64,000 bases of DNA from Chrysemys picta bellii (Eukaryota), in assembly GCF_011386835.1 (NCBI RefSeq), contig NC_088810.1, positions 23,808,001 through 23,872,000 on the forward strand, read 5' to 3'. A program made the position numbers and the translations under genes. How positions within the stretch are numbered: position 1 is the first letter of the stretch; each line of letters starts with the position of its first letter. This document shows, piece after piece, positions 1 through 11,418 of the stretch. Under the pieces are notes generated by a model. It was not told the DNA's origin. It did no database searches and saw only the letters and a program-made list of their open reading frames with translations.

Positions 1-604
1 GGGGGGGGGCATTCCCCCAGGGGGAAGGTAAGAAAATAAAAGGGGGGTGTCCCACCCACACCCCTGGAGCTCTGGCCCCTGATACACCCCCCCCACACCC
101 CTCCACACACCAGGATCTCTGCACACACACACAACACATACACCAGGATCTCTGCTCCCCCCCCCCCCCCCCACACACACACACACACCCTGGGGCTCTG
201 CCTGCCAGCTGGGAGTTCCCATTTGCATTGGGCTTTCCTGTCTTTTTTCTTTCAAAGACGCCCCGGAGCGGCCAGATGAGTCACCGGCCCTGCCCTGGGC
301 ACCTGCCTTCACTTGGCTCTGAGCCGCTTTGCGGGGGGCGGGGGGGGCGAGAGGAGGGAGGGTGTGGCTGTGGCATCTGCCCTCTGTCCGGGGGGCAGCC
401 CCTCCCTTCCCAGGCACGGACAGAGGGGGGCACAGGGGAGGTGCCCACCAGGCTCTCGTTACCCAGGGTGAAATTGGGGGGGGGGGGTCGTACCAGTGCC
501 GGGGGGGGGAGCCCTCTGGGTAGGGTTTGCAACAAAGGAACCATCAACCCCACATGGGATTAAAGCAGCAACGGAGCCTGCAAACGTCCCTCGTGTTGCC
601 CCTC

Positions 605-717
605 AATCCTTCCCCACAGCCCCCTGCGATCCCGCCCCGCAGCCCCCCATGATCCCGCCCCACAGCCCCCCGCAATCCCACTCTTGCGATCTTGCCCCGC
701 AGCCCCCCTGTGACCCC
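605..717. repeat. About 23-bp C-rich tandem repeat, 4-5 copies
   Basis: gatcccgccccgcagccccc-type units. Confidence 0.7.
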
Positions 718-1031
718 GAGGGATTAAAGCTGATCGGCCTGTTTTTCCACGGAGGCCTGAGCCAGGGACAGACTGTCGGGACACCCCGCTCTGCTCCCGG
801 GGTGAGCTGGGGGCAAATACGTAATGTGGGACCAAGTGAGATTTGAACCCAGCTTGCTGGAGTCCACCACACCGCACCGTACACCCGGGGACAGACGGAT
901 ACCCGGGAACAGCCAACCCTCCCCTCCCCCAGCGCCAGGCATTTGCCCACCTCCCGGCCCGAGAATCCCTCGCCCCAGCCCAGCAGATGAAGGGCAGACA
1001 GAGACGTTTAATGCCCAGTGCTTGAGGAGAA

Positions 1032-1689
1032 GGACGAGAAGCTGGATAGGAGTCAGCAGTGTGCCCTGCCTTGTTGCCAGGAAGGCTAACGGCATATTGG
1101 GCTGTATTAGTAGGAGCATTGCCAGCAGATCGAGGGAAGTGATTATTCCCCTCTATTCGGCACTGGTGAGGCCACACCTGGAGTATTGCATCCAGTTTTG
1201 TTCCCCCCACTACAGAAAGGATGTGGACAAATTGGAGAGAGTCCAGCGGAGGGCAACAAAAATGATTAGGGGTCTGGAGCACATGACTTACGAGGAGAGG
1301 CTGAGGGAACTGGGGTTATTTACTCTGCAGAAGAGAAGAATGAGGGGGGATTTGATAGCTGCTTTCAGCTACCTGAAGGGGGGTTCCAAAGAGGATGGAG
1401 CTCGGCTGTTCTCAGTGGTGGCAGATGACAGAACAAGGAGCAATGGTCTCAAGTTGCAGTGGGGGAGGTCCAGGTTGGATATTAGGAAACACTATTTCAC
1501 TAGGAGGGTGATGAAACACTGGAATGGGTTACCTAGGGAGGTGGTGGAGTCTCCTTCCTTGGAGGTTTTTAAGGCCCGGCTTGACAAAGCCCTGGCTGGG
1601 ATGATTTAGTTGGGAATTGGTCCTGCTTTGAGCAGGGGGTTGGACTAGATACCTCCTGAGGTCCCTTTCAACCCTGAGATTCTATGGTT
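1032..1689 (+). mobile_element. CR1 LINE, 5'-truncated (ORF2 C-terminus plus 3' UTR)
   Basis: Translates to ...[39 protein letters not shown]...[13 protein letters not shown], the typical CR1 ORF2 end. Ends in a GATTCTATG microsatellite tail. Confidence 0.95.
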
Positions 1690-2545
1690 CCCAGGGACCC
1701 AGGCCTGACCGGCATCAGGGCAGCGACTCCTCCCTGTGCAGCAGGTTCCTCTGTGTTGCTTGCTCCTCAGACGCACTGGGAAATGATCCCACTGCCCCCC
1801 CCCCCCGAGAGACCGCCCCCCCAGAGCCACAGGGGCTGCTGCCTGTCAGCCACTGGGCCCAGGGCAGCAAGCCTCCAGGCCCCTGCTCCCCCTGCAGCCA
1901 TGCGGGGGCTCGTTTGTCGGTGTCTCGCCCCCCCAGAACACCAGGCCCAGCAGGAATATAAGGGGGGGCTGCCCCGTACTGGGACAGGAGAGGCCATGGG
2001 GTCCCAACCCTAATCCCAGCTCTGCCACTCATGTGCCCCCTCTGTGCCTCAGTTTCCCCACCTGGACAAAAGGGGGTGACAATACTGTGGGGCCGGGCAG
2101 AGGTTGTGAAGATGAATTAGCAGAGAGAGGCAGACCCTAGACCTGCTTTGCAACGCTTCCCCCCGCCCCCACAGATCCAGACTGCCCCAGCTCGGCCACC
2201 CCCGTTAGCTAAAGCCCACGGGCCCGGGCGTCTCTGTTGACTCCAACTGGCATCACGGGGCCTGGGGTTTATTACAGGTGCTCGGGGCGGGGGGCAGTCA
2301 GTGCCAGGGCCTTGGGGGGCAGCTGCACCGGCTCTGAGCCCCTACGCGTGATGGGGACTGTTCTACCGAGCTCATGGCTGGTGCTAGTGTTTGCTGACAC
2401 CTAGTGGTGGCANNNNNNNNNNNNNNNNNNNNNNNNNNNNNNNNNNNNNNNNNNNNNNNNNNNNNNNNNNNNNNNNNNNNNNNNNNNNNNNNNNNNNNNN
2501 NNNNNNNNNNNNNNNNNNNNNNNNNNNNNNNNNNNNNNNNNNNNN

Positions 2546-2695
2546 TTCAGGGGCCCTGGGGCAAAGCAATTTCAGGGGCCCCTTCCATAAAAGAAAGTTG
2601 CAATACTATAGAATACTATATTCTCGTGGGGGCCCCTGCAGGGCCCGGGGCCTGGGGCAAATCGCCCCACTTGCCCCCCGCTCTGGGCGGCCCTG
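2546..2695. mobile_element. hAT-like MITE; left part lost in the N run
   Basis: Ends in ...ctctgggcggccctg (CAGGGCCGCC-type TIR). Confidence 0.5.
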
Positions 2696-3240
2696 GAGAG
2701 AGAGAGAGACCCACTGCTGCCTTCTGCTGGATGGGATCAGAACTGTCTATCCCTATGTCATAGCCCCTATGTCGCAAACAGCAGATGGAGATTCTCCATT
2801 AGCTCATGCAGTGGGGCCCTGGCTTTTAGAGCTGGGGTTGTGGCTTCGTGAGGCCCCCGAGGGCTGAGTCCTGCCGACGGAGAGGAGCCGGGGCCCCGCC
2901 GGCAGAGCGCTCCCTGGAGGGGTAGAGCTACATAGCTGAGTCCAGGCCAGGAGTGACACACGGGGCGCTGCAGGCGGGGGGCAGAGGGGATCACAGGGCC
3001 TGCCTGCACCCCGCTTCCCCCAGCTCCCAACTCAGCCCCAAGGGCCAGGCCCATCTCTCATGGCAGGCGATATTTAGGCCCTGTCTGTCCCTGGCCTGGT
3101 TGTGACCCCCCCATCTCTTGGGGTCCCCCTCTGTGCTGGAGCCCCCACATCCTTCGCTGGTGGGACAGAGCACAAACCCCCCAGAATCAGCCACTCCTGT
3201 TTAGATCCCTCCCCCAGGCACCAGGTCCATCCCATCCCAG

Positions 3241-3363
3241 TAGGGAGACCAGGTAGCAAGGGAGAAAAATCGGGATGGGGGAGGGGGGTAATAGGATCCT
3301 ATATAAGACAAAGCCCCAAATATTGGGACTGTCCCTATAAAGTCGGGACATCTGGTCACCCTA
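3241..3363. mobile_element. hAT (Blackjack/MER94-like) MITE, 123 bp
   Basis: TIRs TAGGGAGACCAG / CTGGTCACCCTA and a perfect 8-bp TSD CATCCCAG (3233-3240, 3364-3371). Confidence 0.9.
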
Positions 3364-3534
3364 CATCCCAGCCCCCTCTGCGGGCGGGAGCCAGGGGGCG
3401 TGCTGCACCCTGGGGATCCAGCCCCCTCAGACTCTGTGTTTCCACCCGTCCAGAAGGGAAACGGCCCATCGCTCATCAGGCCCCCCATGAAGGGACCGGA
3501 GCTTTTATTGCCGTTAGAGAGGGGGGTGAGATGT

Positions 3535-3990
3535 GTCTGGGAGTCAGGACTCCTGGGTTCTGTTCCCAGTTCTGGGAGGGCCGTGGGGTTGAGTGGGTTA
3601 CAGCAGGGGAGCTACAGGCCAGGACTTGTGGGGTCTATGTGGGTAGGGGGAATGGACTAATAGCTAGAGGGAATGGGGTCAGGACTCCTGGGTTCTGTTC
3701 CCAGTTCTGGGAGGGCCGTGGGGTTGAGTGGGTTACAGCAGGGGAGCTACGGGCCAGGTTTTGTGGGGTCTATGTGGGTAGGGGGATGGACTAATAGCTA
3801 GAGGGAATGGGGTCAGGATTCAAGGGTTCGGTGCCCAGCTCTGGGGAGGAGCTGGTGTCTAGCAGAGCAGAGGGCTGGGGAATCAGGACTCCTGGGTTCC
3901 ACCCCCAGCTCTGCCCCGACTCACTGTGTGACACTGAGGAAATCACGTCCCATGTTGCCTCAGTGTCCCCCTCTGTACAATGGGGGTAAC
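3535..3990 (+). mobile_element. tRNA-derived SINE heads in tandem (about 135-bp duplication) followed by a MIR-like body
   Basis: gtcaggactcctgggttc B-box motif at about 3543, 3678 and 3883, then a MIR-like ...gcctcagtgtccccctctgtacaatgggg core. Confidence 0.6.
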
Positions 3991-4089
3991 ACACGACAAT
4001 GTGTGTGTGTGTGTGTGTGTGCACACGCATGTGCCCCACTGCCTCCTGCTGCAGGGGGTGAGAACTGCTAACCCGTGTATCAAAGGGCC

Positions 4090-4440
4090 AGTGTATGCAT
4101 TGGAGAAGGTTCAAAGAGGAGCTAGGGGAATGATGAAAGGCTTTCTAGCGAGAGACTCCAGGAGCTCAGTGTATTTCGCTGCCCACCGACAAGGGCCGGG
4201 GGTGACTTGCTCACAAGGACCCACACAGGGAACAAATCTTTAACGGAGGGCTCTTCGGTCCAGCAGAGGAAGGTCTAACCCGATCCCGTGGCTGGCAGAG
4301 GAAGCCAGCCGACTCCAGACTGGAAACAAGACGTACGTTTTTAAGAGGGACGTCATTACAATTTACCGAGGTTTATGGTCGATTCTCCATCGCTGGCCAT
4401 GTTTAAATCAAGATGGGCTGGTTTTTAGCAGCTCTGCACT
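4090..4440 (+). mobile_element. Old CR1/L3-like fragment
   Basis: ttggagaaggttcaaagaggagc...gattctccatc...tttaaatcaaga resembles the end of CR1 ORF2; heavily decayed. Confidence 0.5.
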
Positions 4441-4696
4441 GGGAATTCTGGTGGGGCCGTTCTCTGGCCTGGCCTAGGCAGCTGCCGGGTCCCAATGGCC
4501 CCGTGGGGTGAGCAGCCAGGCCGTGGGGACGGGGGGTCTCGCCCCGCTACCAGCGGAGGGGTCTCCGGTACAGTTTGGTCAGGGACACGGCGACATTCTC
4601 CGACCTCGCGGGCTCAGCTAACGCCCTGGTACGGCGCTGTGAGCTCCTCGCCCACCTGCCCCGGGGAAGGACCCAGACACCGATCCCACTCCAAAC

Positions 4697-4702
4697 TTTA
4701 TT
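4697..4702 (-). terminator. Probable S100A16 polyadenylation signal (AATAAA)
   Basis: First minus-strand AATAAA I found downstream of the stop at 6011, implying a 3' UTR of about 1.3 kb. Confidence 0.55.
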
Positions 4703-6010
4703 GTTATGAATTTCACAGTCCAGCTTGTGCACCAGCCCCCGGGGGCGTTAGGGAAAGTCAGACGAGCCCCACGGCCCCCATGGGCCCCACAGAACTGTCA
4801 CAATGCTCAGCAAAGGGGAAGGAGAGGTTTGTTATCAGCTCGGACAGGTTGATTTCTAACCAGCATGGGGGTCGGAATCCCGAGCCCGACAGGCCTGAGA
4901 ATGGGAACATTCAAGTCATAGATGGGGGTCAATGCCCTGGAACCCCCACCTGGGGGGCGGCCCTGGGGGGCTGCAGGGGAGGCACTGAGGGCAGAGTTTG
5001 GTCTAAGAAGGAGAGTCACCAAGGGGCTGCATCCCTCCCTCTCCCCGGCCTGGGCCCCCAGCCAGTCCCGTCTACACACAGAGTGAGGAAATGACGCGGC
5101 GGGAGACAGGCACGGCTGGGAACTTGGCTTGTCCCACTCAGGGCCTCGGCGGGGGGCAGGGGCGATTTCACCCCTCCCTGCCAGCAAAGAGCTCTCCAGC
5201 ATGGGGCCAGGCAAGGCTCAGCGCTCAGCTGCAGACCGGGAAGGGTTAAAACCAGCACAGCTTCCTAAGAGCGAGAAGAGAAAAGGGCCTCGTCCCAGCC
5301 CTGCAGGACCCCGGGACACCAGCACTGTGAACCCTGCAAAGGCGCCGGGGCCTTCCCCCGGAGGGGTTAGCCCAGCCCCGGAGCCACCCCCGGAGCATTT
5401 GGTGGCCGGGCTGCAAAGGCCAATATGGCATCAGCAAGCTACAGGGGGAGCCTGGGAAAAGCAGCGACCGGGCTGTAACTGACTGGGGTGTGTGTATCTG
5501 CGTGTCTGCGTGTGTCCCTGCTGCCCCCCTTCTTGCTGGGACAATGCGGATCTGCTTTCTTGGCACGTCAGACCCACTGCAGCATGTGTCACATAAGCCC
5601 TGTACTGCAGAGAGCCATAGGCGATTCTCCCCCATCACCTACTGCTCTGTGACTGCCATCACCATGGGCCCCGGCTGAGGGATGAGGGTCCAGGAGGCCA
5701 CGGATCTGCCACGTGACACGGCAGGTGGCTTGCTAACAAGGCCAGGAGGATGGTATCTCTGCTGCCCTGTGGGCTGGCCCAGCAGTGGGCGGGAGGGGTG
5801 AACGAGCGCTGGCTAAGGTGTGGGGTGACTGATCGAGGTGGGGGCTGAGCCCCAGCTGGAAGGAGATCCACTCTCCCTGGGAGACGCTGGCCTCAGGGGC
5901 GCTGTGGGGGGCAGGGGATCACACATGGCCCAGGGAGAAGCAGCAAAGGGGGAGCTCCGAGCCAGGGGCCTGGGGGGGATCTGGGGGGCTGCTGGCGCCC
6001 TCGGGCCGCG

Positions 6011-7089
6011 CTACTTGGTGAACTTGGTGCCATGTTCCTGTTGGCGGATGAGGCAGGCGATGGGGCTGGCAATGCCGCCGATCAGGGTCCAGTACTCCTC
6101 GAAGCTGATGTGCCCGTCCTTGTTCTCGTCCAGGTCGCAGATGAGCTTGTCGGCCGCGCGCTTGTTCCCGGTGTCCTGGGAAGAGAGCGCGGAGCCATTC
6201 AAACGCCAGGAGGGGCTGGGGACCCTGGGGGGCGGCACTCACCGGCCTGGCGTCTCAGTCAGCCGCTGCCAGGGCACCCGCCCCACCATGGGGCAGGGAG
6301 CTCAGCACTGGAGCTGGGTCACCAAGGTCCCTCCTCAGGCTGCCAGCAAGGAGGCTGGTTGGGGACAGCGTGAGGTAGTGTTGGGCTCACACTCACACAC
6401 TAGGGTTCCCCGTGACAGGGCCTCGTGCTGCCCGTGGGTTCACTCTCACACACTAGGGTTCCCCGTGACAGGGCCTCGTGCTGCCCGTGGGTTCACTCTC
6501 ACACACTAGGGTTCCCCGTGGCATGGCCTCGTGCTGCCCGTGGGTTCACTCTCACACACTAGGGTTCCCCGTGACAGGGCCTCGTGCTGCCCGTGGGCTC
6601 ACTCTCACACACTAGGGTTCCCCGTGACAGGGCCTCGTGCTGCCCGTGGGCTCACACTCACACACTAGGGTTCCCCGTGACAGGGCGGGGTGCTGCCCAT
6701 GGGTTCACTCTCACACACTAGAGTTCCCCGTGGCATGGTTGGTGCTGCCTGTGGGCTCACATTCCCCCACTAGCATCCCCCCGGTCTCACTAGGGTTCCC
6801 CATGGCAGGGCCGGGTGCTGCCCGTGGGCTCACACTCACACACTAGCATCCCCCTGGTCTCACTAGGGTTCCCCGTGGCATGGCCTCGTGCTGCCCGTGG
6901 GCTCACACTCACACACTAGCGTCCCCCCGGTCTCACCGTCAGCATGTGGTTGAGCTCCCGGCTCAGCATCTTGCGGAAATCCTTCTTGCTGATGCGCCGG
7001 GGTTTCTTGCAGCAGCCGCTGGCGTATTTGTCGTAGTTCTTCACCAGCACGTGCAGGGCCCATTCCAGCTCCGACGGGTCGCCCGACAT
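6011..7089 (-). CDS. S100A16: S100A16(-like) EF-hand protein, 105 aa; CDS complement(join(6011..6175,6937..7089))
   Basis: Exon MSGDPSELEWALHVLVKNYDKYASGCCKKPRRISKKDFRKMLSRELNHMLT joins in phase 0 (ACG|gtgaga ... ttcccag|GAC) to DTGNKRAADKLICDLDENKDGHISFEEYWTLIGGIASPIACLIRQQEHGTKFTK*. It matches recalled human S100A16 motifs (ELNHML-DTGN-AADKLI, ISF-EYWTLIGGI). Canonical EF loop is DENKDGHISFEE. The first coding exon's acceptor puts its start at 7106. Synteny next to S100A14 agrees. Confidence 0.9.
6385..6930. repeat. 53-bp minisatellite, about 10 copies, in S100A16 intron 2
   Basis: cacactagggttccccgtgacagggcctcgtgctgcccgtgggttcactctca; tagggttccc recurs at 6401, 6454 and onward. Confidence 0.95.
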
Positions 7090-8531
7090 CTCGGTCCCAT
7101 TAGTCCCTGCAGGTGTAACGGAACCAATGCCTGAGCCGGGCAGTGGGGGGCTCGTTGGCCCAGCACCGGTGCAGCCAGGCGTTAGCGCCAGTCTGCGCTG
7201 CCTGGTGGGCACCGAGCACCTGCTGGGAAAGGCCAGGCAGTGACCCCACTTCTATGCAGCAGTGAACGCAGGGCTCTCATTTCCAGGGGGGCCCCGTGAG
7301 CGTTCACCTGATCTGGGCCAACTCTGATCTCGGTTCACCCTGGCCCATCCCTGGTCAATATCGCCCTGTATACGGCCTGTAGGCTCTCGCTGCTGCAGGG
7401 CTCATTATACTACGGGCCGTATACAGGATGTGTGCCCAGAAGCTGTGCAGCAGGGGAGCTCGGCCAAGCACGTCTGGCAGTAGGAGCCGGTCCCCTTAAA
7501 GCAGGACAAGCCCAGTGTGTGATCCGGTCATTACAGGTGGAATATGGACTTGGGGATTTCGGAAGGGGGTGCAGGGATGGACTGTATGGACGTTAATGGG
7601 GAGGCTGCTGCAGGCGCTGGTGGGGAGAGATCGGGGGACATGGGAGACGCTCAGAGGGAGCAGGGGGTGGGAGGTGCCGAGCCACGTGGAGGTATGAAGG
7701 GGAGAATGGGGCAGGGAGAGAGAAGCAGAGAAGCCGGGTCCAAGCAGCAGGAGAAAGTGCAGCCCCACCCCCACCCCTGCTGCTGCTCCCAGTGAAACCC
7801 CGGTAAATCCGGCATCGCCGGTGTCGGGACTGCAGCTTAGCATGGGAGTCACTGCCTTTGTCTCCCTCTGCGCCACCCAGCAGAGGCAGCCCTGGAGGGC
7901 TCAAACAAGAGCGACAAAAGGGGTTCCTTTCACCCCCGTACCGTCCCCTTGCCTCATCTCCGTCCAGCCCCGTGGCTGGGGCTAGCGTGCGAGCCATGCC
8001 CCGACCCAGGGGACAGCAAGAGCAGAGGGGGCCTGTCCCCTTTCCCAGTGAGTCTGGTTCTCCTTACGGGGAGAGATCCCAGCCCAACAGCCCCCCGTCT
8101 CCCTGGGAGCGGGTGGAGAGCCATCTGGTTCCCATGCGTCGATCTCTTCACCCTGGAGCAGCACTGCGCCCGGGGCTCAGCCGAAGGGGAAAGGGACAAG
8201 ACGGGGCACGTCCGGGCGTCGGGCCCGGAGGATCATTTCCATGGTGCCGAGCACAAAGAAATACCCAGGGAGAAACGGAGTTGGGGGCGGATCCAGCCTG
8301 GGAACTTGGCAACAAGGCTGGGCCGACAACAGGGCCCCAAGCGAGCCGCTGGGGAACGAGCCAGCATCCCAGGGTGAATTCGCTGCTGCCAACACTTGCG
8401 AGTTTATCGCGAGTCACCCAGTATTTGATGTTTTCTTTCAAGTCCCAGCTCCTGGAGTCAGGAGATGAGGTGTTAGCAGGCGTGTCGTATGCAGGACACG
8501 GGAGGTCATAGTCCTGCCCTGTTGGGCACGG

Positions 8532-9010
8532 CGTCCAGTTTGGGGCACCGAGCCTTAGGAAAGATGGGGAGAAACTGGAGAGAGTCCAGAGGAGAGCAGC
8601 AGAAATGAGCCGAGGTTGAGAAAACCTGACCATGGGGCAAGGTTAGAAAACCTGGGCACGTTTAGTCGTGAGGAAAGCAGACGGAGGGGAACCTGAGAGC
8701 AGCCTGCAAAGCTGTTACTGGGCCATTATAGACAGGATGGCAATCAACAGCGTCCACTGACGGCAGGACAAGAACGAATGGGATGCATCTGCAGCAAGGG
8801 AGATGAAGGACAGAGACTAGAAAAACCGTCTAACTCGCAGGGTCGGGAACACGTAACCTAGGGAGGTGGTGGAACCCCCGTCTCTGGAGGTCTTTAAGAA
8901 CAGGCTGGACAGACCCCTGCCAGAACTGGTCCAGGTTTCCTTGGTCCTGCCTCGGGGTAACGGCCTCACGGGGGCCCGGCCAACCCTGCATTGTCAGGAG
9001 TCTATGATCG
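8532..9010 (+). mobile_element. Degraded CR1 3' fragment
   Basis: Recognisable remnants (gtccagtttggggcacc, aaactggagagagtccagaggagagc, gggaggtggtggaa...ctggaggtctttaagaacaggctggac) and an agtctatg-like tail. Confidence 0.7.
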
Positions 9011-11290
9011 GTGACAATTCCAGCGGTTTTAGCTCTTGGGGCTGCACGGGAGAGTGGGACAACGTGCCCCGGGGGCGCCCTAGAGGCTCCGACACTGGAA
9101 AGTGAAGGGGAAAAACCCCAAATCTTGCAGGAGGAGGATTTGAATCTCAGAATTTTTAAGCCAATCTCATGGGTTTGGGATGTTTCCGGTTGGCAGGACA
9201 GGGAATTCTCCAGCCTGGCTTATGCGGGAGCTCAGGCTGGATTTTATTAACCGTCCCTTTGGGGTTTAGCATTTGATGCTGGGATCCGTGACTGGGGTTC
9301 TCTGGCCGGGGTCATGCAGGTCACATGGGATAATCAAATGCTCCCTTCTGGCCTTACCATTGTGAATGGATCTATGAACTCCCCTGTGCTACAGCGCCTC
9401 CTCAGGCTGCGATGAGAACAACACCCTGACCCGTTTGGAGTGAACGTACAGCTCCCAACCCCTGCACCTGTCTGGCTCCTCCCCTTTTCTGCCACTCCCA
9501 CCTCCGTTCCCCCAGGGTCCTGCCTCCTCCTAGCTACAGACGATAACAATCATTACCCGGCTGGTATAACCTGCTGCCCAGCGCTCATCTGAAAGGAATG
9601 AGGCTGGTTCCCAGCGGAACAGAGAGGGCGGAGAAGGAGGAGGAGGAGAAGATGCAATGGGCTGTAATTACCCGCCGGTCCTTGTCTTGCCACACCGCCC
9701 TGGGTGGTATCCCACCGGAGATGCCTCATGCCAAAACCCTCCCAGCCCAGCCCAGTGGCCTGGCACGAGGCAGGGCAGGGGATGAGGCAACTTGATTGCA
9801 CGGGGGAAGAGGGAGCCGCCCGGGGAATCGCAGCCCTGGCACGGCCCCATTGCAGCCAGCGTCGCCGCCCCTGTGTGTGCAGGGCAAGGGGCCGAAGGCC
9901 ACCGGAGACCCAGCTCCTCTCTAGACACTGTCTCACCAAGGGGGAGCAGATCATGCAGGCGGGGGAAGCTCGCTTTGCCCTGCTAGGCGGGGGCACCGGG
10001 GGGTTGCACTGGCCAGGCAGTGTGGCCTCTGTCCCCAGCAGTACCAGCGCCTTGAGTCTAGCACAGATGGTTCTTTACCTGCTGCTGCCAGGTGCTCTCT
10101 GCTAGTCCTTTCGCCTGCAAAACCCCAGCCTCAAATCGGATCCCGGGGGGGGAAGACGAGCGCCCTCGGCAGAGAGCTCGCTCTGCCCCACTCCTCAGGA
10201 CCTCCCGGAGCCCAGGGGCGTGCACTGCACACTCAAGGGCAGGGCTGGCAGCGCACAGGATGTGCGGGAAGGGAAGTGCATCCCATTGTTCGCCTTTCCG
10301 CTTTCCTGCCCGCCAGGGGCTGGCCTGCTCCGGCAGCGCACTGCCCGGTCAAAGGGGCGTGTGGCCATCTCGTGCTGAGATCTGCCGACTGACCCCCGCT
10401 GAGGATCTGCCCTAGCGTCCCAGGGCCCGCTCCGGCCCTCACCTCACCCCTGTCACTCCATTGGCTTCAGTGGGTTTGCTGGGTTCGGCGAGAGCAGGAC
10501 CCGGCTCAGACGAATTGGGCACAGGAAGGCGGCTAGTCCATTGCCTCGTCCCTGCCGGCACACACACCCCCCGCTTCGCCCTGGTCTCGCTCCAAATGCC
10601 CCGTGCGACGCACTCTGCTCTGGGAAGGAATCTGCCCTAGGCCCTGGGCCTCGCCCCGGGACACTTGCATTTCCCTTTGCTCTGTTCCTAGGGTGCCTTT
10701 CCCCGGGCACCCAAGTGCCAGTTCCAGCCTGTTCCTGCCCGTTACGTCCCTCGGATCCTCCAGGGGAGCTCCCGGTGAGGCCGGAAGAGACGGGGCCAGA
10801 ACAGCGGAGCCAAAGCCTGTATTGCAGGGGTCATGGTCCCCCAACACCTGGCCACCCCCTGACGGGTGACAGACAAGACGGGTGACATCAGCCCCACACC
10901 CAACAGGACGAGGCATAGGGACAGATGCCCAGGCCTGGGCTCAAGGTCGGCTGTATCTCTGGGGCAGGGCTTGGAGGATCACATGGCGGCAGAGGGCATT
11001 ATGGCTCCCTCCAGCCTCAGAGGAAAGCCACCCACTGCTGCCCGCAGCTAACGGGCTTGATCCCCCAGCTCCCCTGGGCTTCGCAGGGAGAGGTTGGGGG
11101 TCAGCCCCTGCTGCCGACCCACCCAGGAGCGTTGTTGCAGGAGCAGAGGCGATGTTGCTGTGAGAGCGTCCCATGTAGACCACTAGTGCACAGCCTGTTC
11201 TGGGGTCCCTGCATGTGCTCCACCCCAGAGCCTGCATCAGAGACGCTCTCTGTTAGTGCTGGTCATTCGGCTGCATCTGCCAGAGGCTAG

Positions 11291-11418
11291 GAATGGGTGG
11301 CAGGGGATGGATCACTTGGTGATTCCCTGTTCTGCTCCTTCCCTCTGGGGCACCGGGCGTTGGCAGACAGGATACTGGGCTAGATGGACCTAGTATGGCC
11401 GTTCTTATGTTCTTATTC
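11291..11418 (+). mobile_element. CR1 3' UTR fragment
   Basis: gacaggatactgggctagatggacc...agtatggccgttcttatgttctta 3' end. Confidence 0.6.

Noticed and set aside
824-1609. 261-aa ORF as a host gene
   Set aside because: The C-terminal part is CR1 ORF2 and the N-terminal part is a chance open frame in the flank.
2413-2545. N runs as biological features
   Set aside because: Assembly gaps or masking. Their content cannot be assessed, so hidden exons or repeats there cannot be excluded.
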